Assembly (NCBI GenBank): GCA_902578305.1
Contig: CACHCK010000001.1
Location: forward strand, 183,136 to 247,135
From: an uncultured Pelagibacteraceae bacterium
GTDB lineage: Bacteria; Pseudomonadota; Alphaproteobacteria; Pelagibacterales; AG-422-B15
Reading direction: 5' to 3'
DNA length: 64,000 nucleotides
Below, piece by piece: positions 56,325 through 64,000 of the stretch (position 1 is its first letter; each line of letters starts with the position of its first letter). A model generated the notes under the pieces. It was not told the origin of the DNA. It worked only from the letters and a program-made list of their open reading frames with translations, and made no database searches. Position numbers and translations under genes: made by a program.

Positions 56325-57161
56325 ATGTCTGACATTGAGGTAAAAAATATCATTAATCCTATTCCCGCAACAGACGGTGCTGGAGTAAAATTAAAAAGAA
56401 GTATAGGTGTGGAGCCAAACTATTTTGATCCTTTTTTAATGTTGGATGAATTTGGTTCTGAAGACAGTAAGGACTATATAGCTGGTTTTCCATCACATCC
56501 TCATAGAGGAATAGAGACGGTGACATATATGCTGGCTGGAGAATTTGAGCATAAAGATAGTACTGGTGGAGAAGGAAGAATGACAGCAGGCGATGTACAG
56601 TGGATGAAAACTGGCAGTGGAATTATTCACTCCGAAATGCCTGCTATGAAGGAGGGCAAGCTTCATGGTTTTCAGTTATGGATTAATATGCCTGCTAGCT
56701 TAAAAATGAGTAAGCCTGAATATCATTATATTGATGCCAATGAGATGAGTATACATCATGATAAAGATAAAAAAATCAAAGTAATTGCTGGAAAATTTGG
56801 GAACGCTGAAGGGCCAATCAAAAAGCATAATGTTGAGCCAATATTCTTTGATGTTGAACTTAAACAAAATAAACAGTTTAGTTTTTCAATACCTAAATCG
56901 CATAACAGTTTTGTTTACTTGGTTGATGGCAGAATAAAAATCGGTAACCTATCTCATGATAATATTGAGGGATCTAAACTAGTATTGTTGACGAATGGTA
57001 ATAATTTGAAAGTATCCGCTGAAACCAATGCTAAATTTTTATTAATCGCAGGTGAACCAATTGGTGAAAGTATTGCTCGTGGCGGACCATTTGTAATGAA
57101 TACCAAAAGTGAGATCATACAAGCGATTAATGACTATAATAACGGAACATTTGTAAGATAA
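56325..57161 (+). CDS. Pirin family protein
   Basis: GFPSHPHRGIETVTYML.GEFEHKDS cupin metal site. Confidence 0.9.
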   Translation: MSDIEVKNIINPIPATDGAGVKLKRSIGVEPNYFDPFLMLDEFGSEDSKDYIAGFPSHPHRGIETVTYMLAGEFEHKDSTGGEGRMTAGDVQWMKTGSGIIHSEMPAMKEGKLHGFQLWINMPASLKMSKPEYHYIDANEMSIHHDKDKKIKVIAGKFGNAEGPIKKHNVEPIFFDVELKQNKQFSFSIPKSHNSFVYLVDGRIKIGNLSHDNIEGSKLVLLTNGNNLKVSAETNAKFLLIAGEPIGESIARGGPFVMNTKSEIIQAINDYNNGTFVR

Positions 57162-57169
57162 GGAAAAAT

Positions 57170-57631
57170 ATGAGCATTTATGACATTGAAGTAAAAGACA
57201 TTGATATGAACTCGATCAAAATGGAAGAATTTAAGGGAAAAACTTTATTAATTGTAAACGTAGCAAGTGCATGTGGATTTACACCGCAATATACTGGCTT
57301 ACAAAATCTCTATGATAGATATAAAGACAAAGGGTTAGAAATTTTAGCATTTCCCTGTAATCAATTTGGTGCCCAAGAAAAAGGGACGAATGAGGAAATA
57401 AAAGATTTTTGTGACACAAAGTATAATGTATCCTTTCGCCTGTTTGATAAGATTGATGTAAATGGAGAGAATGCATCACCTCTTTTTGTTAAGCTTACTG
57501 AAGAAGCTGGCAGAGAGATACAGTGGAATTTTACAAAGTTTTTAATCAATAAAGAAGGTGAATTTGTTAGAGGTTTTGGTACACAAAAAAAACCTGAAGA
57601 GATTGAAGAGCATATAAAAGCTATTATTTAA
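57170..57631 (+). CDS. Glutathione peroxidase (Cys type)
   Basis: LIVNVASACGFT, FPCNQFGAQE and WNFTKFL. Confidence 0.95.
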   Translation: MSIYDIEVKDIDMNSIKMEEFKGKTLLIVNVASACGFTPQYTGLQNLYDRYKDKGLEILAFPCNQFGAQEKGTNEEIKDFCDTKYNVSFRLFDKIDVNGENASPLFVKLTEEAGREIQWNFTKFLINKEGEFVRGFGTQKKPEEIEEHIKAII

Positions 57632-57632
57632 G

Positions 57633-58208
57633 ATGTCAGACAGATTAAAAGAAATTTTTGTTGAACCACAAACTTGCTATAAATTTACTAAAAAGGAAGT
57701 TGCAAACGACACGCTCAATGAACTTTATAATCTTGTTAAGTGGGGCCCAACCTCGTTTAACTCTAGTCCAATGAGATTAAAGTTTCTTAAAAGTAGTTCC
57801 TCAAAGGAAAAGCTATCAAAATTAGTGAGTGATGATAATATTAGCAAAGTTATCAACGCACCTGTATGTACAATTATTGGAATGGATATAGAATTTTGGC
57901 GTGATCTTCCCAGAAACTATTTACGTGAGGATGCTAAGCAATATTTTGAAAATGATACAACCAAGTCTGAGGTTACAGCTTTTAGAAACTCATCAATTCA
58001 GGGAGGTTACTTTATAAAAGCAGCTAATTCCCTTGGTTTATCAGTTGGACCAATGTCAGGCTTCTCAAATGATCTGGTTGATAAAGAATTTTTTTATGGC
58101 ACAACAATTAAAAGCAATTTTTTATGTAATTTGGGATACGCTGCTGAAGGTGGTTTTTATGAGAGAGCTCCGAGGTATGACTTTTCTGATATTGCTGAAA
58201 TAATTTAA
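57633..58208 (+). CDS. Nitroreductase-fold protein (RutE/malonic semialdehyde reductase-like)
   Basis: 191 aa; WGPTSFNSSPMR motif. Confidence 0.75.
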   Translation: MSDRLKEIFVEPQTCYKFTKKEVANDTLNELYNLVKWGPTSFNSSPMRLKFLKSSSSKEKLSKLVSDDNISKVINAPVCTIIGMDIEFWRDLPRNYLREDAKQYFENDTTKSEVTAFRNSSIQGGYFIKAANSLGLSVGPMSGFSNDLVDKEFFYGTTIKSNFLCNLGYAAEGGFYERAPRYDFSDIAEII

Positions 58209-59176
58209 GCGGCAATCAAATTTAGATAAGTATCTTCTAACTTATTGATATCTCTCGCTCTTATTAGTTCATTCACTTCTTGTTTAAATTTTTTAGATCC
58301 TGGAACTCCAAAACAAAGTGAAAGTAATGGACTGAGCAATTCATAGGTAGATACAGTTTCAATATTCAATTTAATATAATCAAAATACTTTTTCACGACA
58401 TCGGACTTGTTAACTTGAATATTACTTTGACCATAAAAAATATGATCCACGTCTTTAATAAAAAAAGGGTTTGCCTGTATTGCTCTACCTACCATCACTC
58501 CATCTAAATATTTCAATTGTTCAATACAGTCATCAATATTTGTCAAACCTCCATTCATGATAAATTTAATATCAGGAAATTCTTTTTTGATATTGTAAAC
58601 AAATTCATATTTAAGTTCAGGCAATGTGCGATTTTTTTTTGGATCAAGACCCTTTAGAAAAGCTTTACGGGCATGAATAAAAATAACTTTCACATCACTC
58701 TCAAGAACTGTAGAAATGAAATTTTTAAAAAAATCATAAGAGTCAAATTCATCAACACCAATTCTACATTTTAATGAAACATCCATTGAAGTCTCTTCTC
58801 TCATTCCACTTAAGCAATCTCTAACCAGTTCAGCTTCTTTCATCAAACACGCCCCCATTTTCCCTTGAGAAACTTTTTTAGAGGGGCAGCCAACATTTAA
58901 ATTGATACCCTGATAATCAAACTTATTTGCTAAACTTGTTGAATATTTTAATAAGCCTATATCAGAACCACCAACCTGTAGAATGACAGGTTTTTCGATA
59001 TTTTCTTTTCTAAGAAGTTTTTTGTAATCGCCTCTGTGTAAAGCTTGACTGGCTATCATTTCAGTAAATAAAACAGCTTCTTTTGAGATAAGACGGTACA
59101 TGTACCTTGCGCTTGGAGTTGTTACCCCCATCATTGGTGCTACAGAAAAGCGATAGTCAACGTTCAAATTATTCAT
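58205..59176 (-). CDS. dusA: tRNA-dihydrouridine synthase A
   Basis: RFSVAPMMGVTT, LNVGCP, and the catalytic Cys context. Confidence 0.9.
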   Translation of the reverse strand: MNNLNVDYRFSVAPMMGVTTPSARYMYRLISKEAVLFTEMIASQALHRGDYKKLLRKENIEKPVILQVGGSDIGLLKYSTSLANKFDYQGINLNVGCPSKKVSQGKMGACLMKEAELVRDCLSGMREETSMDVSLKCRIGVDEFDSYDFFKNFISTVLESDVKVIFIHARKAFLKGLDPKKNRTLPELKYEFVYNIKKEFPDIKFIMNGGLTNIDDCIEQLKYLDGVMVGRAIQANPFFIKDVDHIFYGQSNIQVNKSDVVKKYFDYIKLNIETVSTYELLSPLLSLCFGVPGSKKFKQEVNELIRARDINKLEDTYLNLIAA

Positions 59177-60038
59177 AATTTAGTTTTTGCCTAACAGTTA
59201 TAAGTACTCCGCTACTCACAATACAAAGAATTCCAAAGCACACTATTATGTTTGGAATATCTCTAAAAAATAAGACGCTTATTAGCATATTACTGACGAT
59301 TTCAAAATAGTGAAATGGAGCCAAAATGCTTGCTTCAGCATTTTGATAAGCTTTTATAAATATAAAATGCACCAGAATCACAACTAAACCAATTGAGCCC
59401 ATCAAAATAATCTGACTAAAATTAGGATCACTGTCCCAATAAAAAGGAAGAAAGATAGTCATTATTAGTGCCCCAGGAATAGCGGTATAACACAGGCTTA
59501 CCCATGGATCAGAAGTAAAGTTTACGCGGCGCGTGTAAACAAGATACATTGCATAAAAGAATCCTGAAAATAAGGCAAATAAAGAAAAATAATTAAACTC
59601 ACTAAATCCTGGCTGTATTACTAACAGAGTTCCAAAAAAACCAAAAAATGTACAAAAGATCTTTAGTGAATTTAATTTTTCTCCCAAAATAAATGAAGAC
59701 ATGAATACCACCACAATGGGAGCAATGAGCATTATGCTTAATGCATTAGCAAGAGGGATTTGTGAAATTGATGCATAAAAGAATGCCGTCGCAAGAAATA
59801 TAAAAGTACCTCTGATTAATTGATGTTTCGTTGATTGATTAACAAATTCTTTTTTTCCTTTTAAAAAATAAACAAGTGGCACTAAGAAAATAAAATGGCT
59901 GAAAAAACGTCCCCAAATTATTTCAAGTATACCAATGTCCTCGCTTAAGTACTTAGCAAGCGCATCATATAAAGGAGCTATTAATAATCCAAGGCATAAC
60001 AAAGATATGCCTAAAATAACGTTCTGCTCTTTAAGCAT
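59169..60038 (-). CDS. DMT superfamily (EamA-like) transporter
   Basis: 289 aa, 10 TM, two-repeat architecture. Confidence 0.8.
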   Translation of the reverse strand: MLKEQNVILGISLLCLGLLIAPLYDALAKYLSEDIGILEIIWGRFFSHFIFLVPLVYFLKGKKEFVNQSTKHQLIRGTFIFLATAFFYASISQIPLANALSIMLIAPIVVVFMSSFILGEKLNSLKIFCTFFGFFGTLLVIQPGFSEFNYFSLFALFSGFFYAMYLVYTRRVNFTSDPWVSLCYTAIPGALIMTIFLPFYWDSDPNFSQIILMGSIGLVVILVHFIFIKAYQNAEASILAPFHYFEIVSNMLISVLFFRDIPNIIVCFGILCIVSSGVLITVRQKLNYE

Positions 60039-60041
60039 GGT

Positions 60042-61220
60042 TTATTTATTTAGTTCACGCATGGCCTGATCAATTCCCTCAATTGTGAGAGGAAACATTC
60101 GATCAGAAAAGATCTGCTTTATAATGGAAGTCGATGCAATTCTATCCCAATATCGTTCAGGTATCGGATTAAGCCAAATCGCATTTTCGTATACGTTTAA
60201 CATTCTAGTTAGCCAAGTTTCACCAGACTCTTCGTTCCAGAACTCTACACTTCCGCCAGGGTAGGTTATTTCATACGGGCTCATTTCAGCGTCTCCAACA
60301 AATATTACTTTATAATCAGATGGGTATGTGTGCAGAACGTCCCATGTTTTGATATTGTCATTGTATCTACGATTATTATCTTTCCAAACCGCATCATACA
60401 AGCAATTGTGGTAGTAGAAATATTCCATATGTTTAAATTCTGTTCTTGCTGCAGAAAATAGCTCCTCACAGATTTTAACATGCGCATCCATTGATCCACC
60501 AACATCAAAAAAAAGTAATACTTTGATTTTATTTCTTCGTTCAGGCATCATTTTAACGTCAATGTAACCTTTATGAGCAGTAGATTTAATTGTATTATCT
60601 AAATCTAACTCAGTTTCAGCTCCTTCTCGCGCAAACTTTCTCAACCTTCTAAGAGCAATCTTTATATTTCTAGTACCAAGTTCTACGTCGCCATCTAAGT
60701 TGCTAAATTCTCTTTTATCCCAAACTTTTACTGCCTTTTTATTTTTTCCTTCTTTCTGACCAATTCTTATTCCTTCAGGGTTATAGCCGTATGCTCCAAA
60801 TGGAGATGTTCCACCTGTTCCAATCCATTTGCTTCCACCTTGGTGCCTCTTTTTTTGCTCTTCCAACCTCTGTTTAAGCGTTTCCATTAACTTGTCCCAA
60901 CCACCCAAGGACTCAATCATCTTTTTTTCTTCATCAGTTAAATATTTTTGCCCCATCAATTTTAACCATTCTTCTGGTATTTCTTTTGTTGTTTCACCTT
61001 CAGGGTTCTCTAACCCCTTAAATGAATGGCCAAAAACTCGATCAAATTTATCTAAATATCTCTCATCTTTGACTAATGCTGAGCGGCTTAGATAATAAAA
61101 GTCGTTAACATTGAATGAGTCAACAACACGCTTATTCATCGCTTCCATCAACATTAAGTATTCTTTTAATGATACGGGTAAGCTCGCTTGTTTGAGGTCA
61201 AAAAAGAAATTAATAAACAT
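60042..61220 (-). CDS. vWA-domain protein, CoxE-like partner of the MoxR ATPase
   Basis: N-terminal FFFDLKQASLPVSLKEYL, and a C-terminal vWA with DVGGSM (MIDAS DxSxS-like). Confidence 0.75.
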   Translation of the reverse strand: MFINFFFDLKQASLPVSLKEYLMLMEAMNKRVVDSFNVNDFYYLSRSALVKDERYLDKFDRVFGHSFKGLENPEGETTKEIPEEWLKLMGQKYLTDEEKKMIESLGGWDKLMETLKQRLEEQKKRHQGGSKWIGTGGTSPFGAYGYNPEGIRIGQKEGKNKKAVKVWDKREFSNLDGDVELGTRNIKIALRRLRKFAREGAETELDLDNTIKSTAHKGYIDVKMMPERRNKIKVLLFFDVGGSMDAHVKICEELFSAARTEFKHMEYFYYHNCLYDAVWKDNNRRYNDNIKTWDVLHTYPSDYKVIFVGDAEMSPYEITYPGGSVEFWNEESGETWLTRMLNVYENAIWLNPIPERYWDRIASTSIIKQIFSDRMFPLTIEGIDQAMRELNK

Positions 61221-61248
61221 ATAATATTATTTTATAGAGATTCTTACT

Positions 61249-62103
61249 CTACTCAACACTCTCATTTTCTCTACGAGATATGAAAGCTAAACGCTCAAAT
61301 AAATGAACATCTTGTTCATTCTTTAGCAAAGCCCCATGAAGAGGTGGTATTAGCTTTTTCGGATCCTTTTCTCTGAGGATTTTAGCATCTACATCATCCG
61401 TCATGAGCAACTTTAGCCAATCAATTAGTTCAGATGTAGATGGCTTCTTTTTAATTCCTGGAACTTCTCTAATATCGTAAAATATTTTAAATGCTTCTTG
61501 AATTAGATCTTTTTTTATATCTGGATAATGCACTTCAACGATCTCTTCCATCGTATTTGGATCAGGAAACTTAATATAATGAAAAAAGCACCTTCTAAGA
61601 AACGCGTCTGGTAATTCCTTTTCATTGTTTGATGTTATAATTACTATTGGCCTATTTTGCGCCTTAATTGTCTCACCAGTTTCGTAAACAAAAAATTCCA
61701 TTTTATCTAGTTCTAGTAGCAGATCGTTTGGAAATTCGATATCAGCCTTGTCAATTTCATCTATTAGTAGGACTGGCCTTTTATCGCTCTCAAAAGCATT
61801 CCATAACTTACCTTTGCTAATATAATTTTTGATATCCTTAACTTTTTCATCTCCAAGCTGCGAATCTCGCAATCTTGTAACAGCATCATATTCGTAGAGA
61901 CCCTGTTGAGCTTTAGTTGTGGACTTAATATGCCAAGTGATTATTTCAGCATCTAGAGATTTTGCTACCTCATGAGCTAGCATTGTTTTACCTGTGCCTG
62001 GCTCACCTTTAACTATTATCGGTCTTTCAAGAGTAATAGCGGCATTAACTGCTACTTTAAGATCCTCTGTTGCAATATAGGAGCTGGTTCCTTCAAACTT
62101 CAT
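61249..62103 (-). CDS. MoxR/CoxD-like AAA+ ATPase
   Basis: Walker A GEPGTGKT and Walker B LLIDEIDK; 284 aa. Confidence 0.85.
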   Translation of the reverse strand: MKFEGTSSYIATEDLKVAVNAAITLERPIIVKGEPGTGKTMLAHEVAKSLDAEIITWHIKSTTKAQQGLYEYDAVTRLRDSQLGDEKVKDIKNYISKGKLWNAFESDKRPVLLIDEIDKADIEFPNDLLLELDKMEFFVYETGETIKAQNRPIVIITSNNEKELPDAFLRRCFFHYIKFPDPNTMEEIVEVHYPDIKKDLIQEAFKIFYDIREVPGIKKKPSTSELIDWLKLLMTDDVDAKILREKDPKKLIPPLHGALLKNEQDVHLFERLAFISRRENESVE

Positions 62104-62244
62104 ATAATTAAGATTAATTTTAGAGAAACATATTATATTTCAGTGATTTATCAATCATAAAAATTGTAATGATCCGTTGACTTAAATAATAAAAACCACT
62201 AAAAGCACCCAACTGTTTTTAATCTTAATTCTCAAGGAGTAAAT

Positions 62245-62655
62245 ATGGTCAAACTTCCAAAAACCTACAAGCCAACAAAATCTGAAAAATTCATGAATGC
62301 AAAGCAAAAAGAATATTTTAGAACCAAGCTTAAAAATTGGAAGGATGAGATTTACAGAGAAAGTAGAGAAACAGTCGAAAATCTACAAGACTCAATTGCT
62401 CCAGCTGACATGTCTGATAGAGCTACCCAAGAGTCAGAGAAATCACTTGAGTTAAAGTCTCGAGATAGGCAACGTAAATTAATCGCCAAGATAGATGCTG
62501 CGCTTGCTAGGATAGAAAATGGAAGCTATGGCTATTGCGAAGTTACTGGAGAACCCATAAACATCGAAAGATTGGACGCTAGGCCAGTAACTACTCTTAG
62601 TATTGAAGCTCAAGAAATGCACGAGAGAGACGAAAAGCTTCATTCTGACGATTAA
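62245..62655 (+). CDS. dksA: RNA polymerase-binding transcription factor DksA (cysteine-poor variant)
   Basis: AAGGAG precedes the ATG. The coiled-coil tip has the DxxDxA-like PADMSDRATQE, and the C-terminal region is YGYCEVTGEPINIERLDARP. Confidence 0.9.
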   Translation: MVKLPKTYKPTKSEKFMNAKQKEYFRTKLKNWKDEIYRESRETVENLQDSIAPADMSDRATQESEKSLELKSRDRQRKLIAKIDAALARIENGSYGYCEVTGEPINIERLDARPVTTLSIEAQEMHERDEKLHSDD

Positions 62656-62766
62656 ATAGTTATTAACAGCGAAAATCAGCCAATTTTAGATATATATTTA
62701 AGTTAATCTAATTGAGTTATATCATTAGATATAGAATCACCTGTTGATAAAAACTATAAAATTTAA

Positions 62767-62781
62767 GAACATTAATTGAAC
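62767..62781. promoter_or_regulatory. Candidate alphaproteobacterial LexA (SOS) box GAAC-N7-GAAC
   Basis: GAACATTAATTGAAC is an exact direct repeat, 107 nt upstream of the recA ATG. Confidence 0.5.
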
Positions 62782-62833
62782 AAATTATATTTTATCGTTA
62801 TTTAACAATAGTTTATAAGGTATTGTAAAATGA

Positions 62834-62857
62834 GAACAAAATGTGTACAAATGGAAC
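62834..62857. promoter_or_regulatory. Second, imperfect SOS-box-like element
   Basis: GAACAAAATGTGTACAAATGGAAC has the form GAAC-N7-GTAC-N5-GAAC, 31 nt upstream of the recA ATG. Confidence 0.3.
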
Positions 62858-62887
62858 ATATATTAAAACTTAGTTTGGAGAAAGCAC

Positions 62888-63967
62888 ATGACAAAAGCAA
62901 ATTTAAAAGTGGTAGACGATAAAAAGATGGATAACTCAGAAAAAGCAAAAGCTTTAGACGTAGCAATGTCACAAATTGAGCAAACTTACGGAAAAGGCTC
63001 AATTATGAAACTTGGCCAAAGGACCGTTATGGATGTTGAGGCTATTTCAACTGGGTCGTTATCTTTAGATGTAGCTTTAGGCATAGGTGGACTGCCAAAA
63101 GGTAGAATAGTAGAAATTTATGGACCAGAGTCATCGGGTAAAACAACTCTTGCATTACATGTTATTGCCGAAGCGCAGAAAAAAGGTGAGAATTGCGCAT
63201 TTATTGATGCTGAGCATGCATTGGATCCTGCTTATGCAAAAAAACTCGGCGTAAACATTGATGAACTTATCATTTCGCAGCCAGATACAGGTGAGCAAGC
63301 TCTTGAAATAACTGACTCACTTGTTAGATCGAAAGCAATATCAGTTCTAGTTGTCGACTCAGTTGCAGCATTAACCCCTAAAGCAGAAATTGAGGGTGAA
63401 ATGGGAGATGCGCACATGGGTCTTCAAGCAAGATTAATGAGTCAAGCATTAAGAAAACTTACAGGCTCAGTTTCTAAATCTAATTGTATGGTAATATTCA
63501 TCAACCAAATTCGAATGAAAATTGGTGTGATGTTTGGTAGTCCTGAAACAACAGCTGGTGGTAATGCCTTGAAGTTTTACTCATCGTGCAGATTAGATAT
63601 AAGAAGGATAGGAGCAATAAAAGATAAAGACGAAATTATTGGAAACCAAACAAGAGTAAAGGTTGTAAAAAATAAAGTTGCCCCGCCGTTCCGCGTAGTG
63701 GAGTTTGACATTATGTACGGTGAAGGAATCTCAAAATTGGGTGAGCTCATTGATTTGGGTGTAAAAGTCGGCACCATTGAAAAGTCAGGTGCATGGTTTT
63801 CTTATAAAGGAAATAAGATTGGCCAAGGACGAGAAAACTCCAAGATCTTTTTAAAGGATAATCCTGCAGTAGCTAATGAAATTGAGTCAATAATTAGAGG
63901 ACAATCTGAGGAAATACCTGAGCAAATTGGAGAAAATGAAGAAGTTGAAGATACTCCAGAAGAATAA
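62888..63967 (+). CDS. recA: Recombinase A
   Basis: GGAGA precedes the ATG. Walker [10 protein letters not shown], then [10 protein letters not shown] and the L1/L2 regions. Confidence 0.98.
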   Translation: MTKANLKVVDDKKMDNSEKAKALDVAMSQIEQTYGKGSIMKLGQRTVMDVEAISTGSLSLDVALGIGGLPKGRIVEIYGPESSGKTTLALHVIAEAQKKGENCAFIDAEHALDPAYAKKLGVNIDELIISQPDTGEQALEITDSLVRSKAISVLVVDSVAALTPKAEIEGEMGDAHMGLQARLMSQALRKLTGSVSKSNCMVIFINQIRMKIGVMFGSPETTAGGNALKFYSSCRLDIRRIGAIKDKDEIIGNQTRVKVVKNKVAPPFRVVEFDIMYGEGISKLGELIDLGVKVGTIEKSGAWFSYKGNKIGQGRENSKIFLKDNPAVANEIESIIRGQSEEIPEQIGENEEVEDTPEE

Positions 63968-64000
63968 GAAATTCATATAAATTGATCATAGCAAAAAGGC

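Noticed and set aside
57170-57631. Possible selenocysteine in glutathione peroxidase
   Set aside because: The active-site residue in VASACGFT is encoded by TGT (Cys), and there is no in-frame TGA.
62802-63002. 66-aa minus-strand ORF overlapping the recA start
   Set aside because: It overlaps the recA 5' end and RBS, and is low-complexity and Leu/Phe-rich. The recA call is unambiguous.
1-64000. Mobile element, prophage, defence island or CRISPR array somewhere in the window
   Set aside because: I saw no integrase, transposase or recombinase genes, no inverted terminal repeats, no spaced direct-repeat arrays, no tRNA attachment site and no obvious compositional break. All gene products look like housekeeping or catabolic chromosomal genes.

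Overview
This is a visibly AT-rich, very gene-dense chromosomal segment. Most gaps are under 30 nt, many starts and stops overlap by 1-11 nt (ATGA/TAATG), and four convergent gene pairs overlap at their 3' ends. The protein content (RecA, cysteine-poor DksA, L32, SoxBDAG, DmdA-like and ProVWX-like proteins) suggests a streamlined marine alphaproteobacterium of the SAR11/Pelagibacter kind; this is inference, not a search result. I call about 70 protein genes. I recognised no rRNA, tRNA, CRISPR array, transposase, integrase or phage gene. The core is a one-carbon / methylated-osmolyte island. It holds formate-THF ligase, a MetF-like reductase with a GcvT-family demethylase, a betaine-type ABC importer whose ATPase heads a hydrolase/dehydrogenase operon, and a homocysteine S-methyltransferase. 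It also holds a near-gapless 17-gene plus-strand array (39134-54431) carrying a DmdA-like gene, a dimethylglycine-type dehydrogenase and soxBDAG. A five-gene copper-handling block (Sco1, lipoprotein, PCuAC, DUF2182, DUF1326) sits inside that array. Several items are not explained by the ORF track. (1) A GC-rich structured leader with an intrinsic terminator and a 22-codon ORF lies upstream of a 2Fe-2S ferredoxin. (2) A candidate H-type pseudoknot lies upstream of the metF-like operon. (3) An unlisted 43-codon poly-lysine ORF with ArfA-like sequence is ATGA-coupled to a nitroreductase. (4) Tandem mini membrane-protein paralogs are separated by a hairpin that buries a perfect Shine-Dalgarno sequence. 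(5) GAAC-N7-GAAC LexA-type boxes lie upstream of recA. All function calls come from motif recognition by eye; no searches or folding programs were run.
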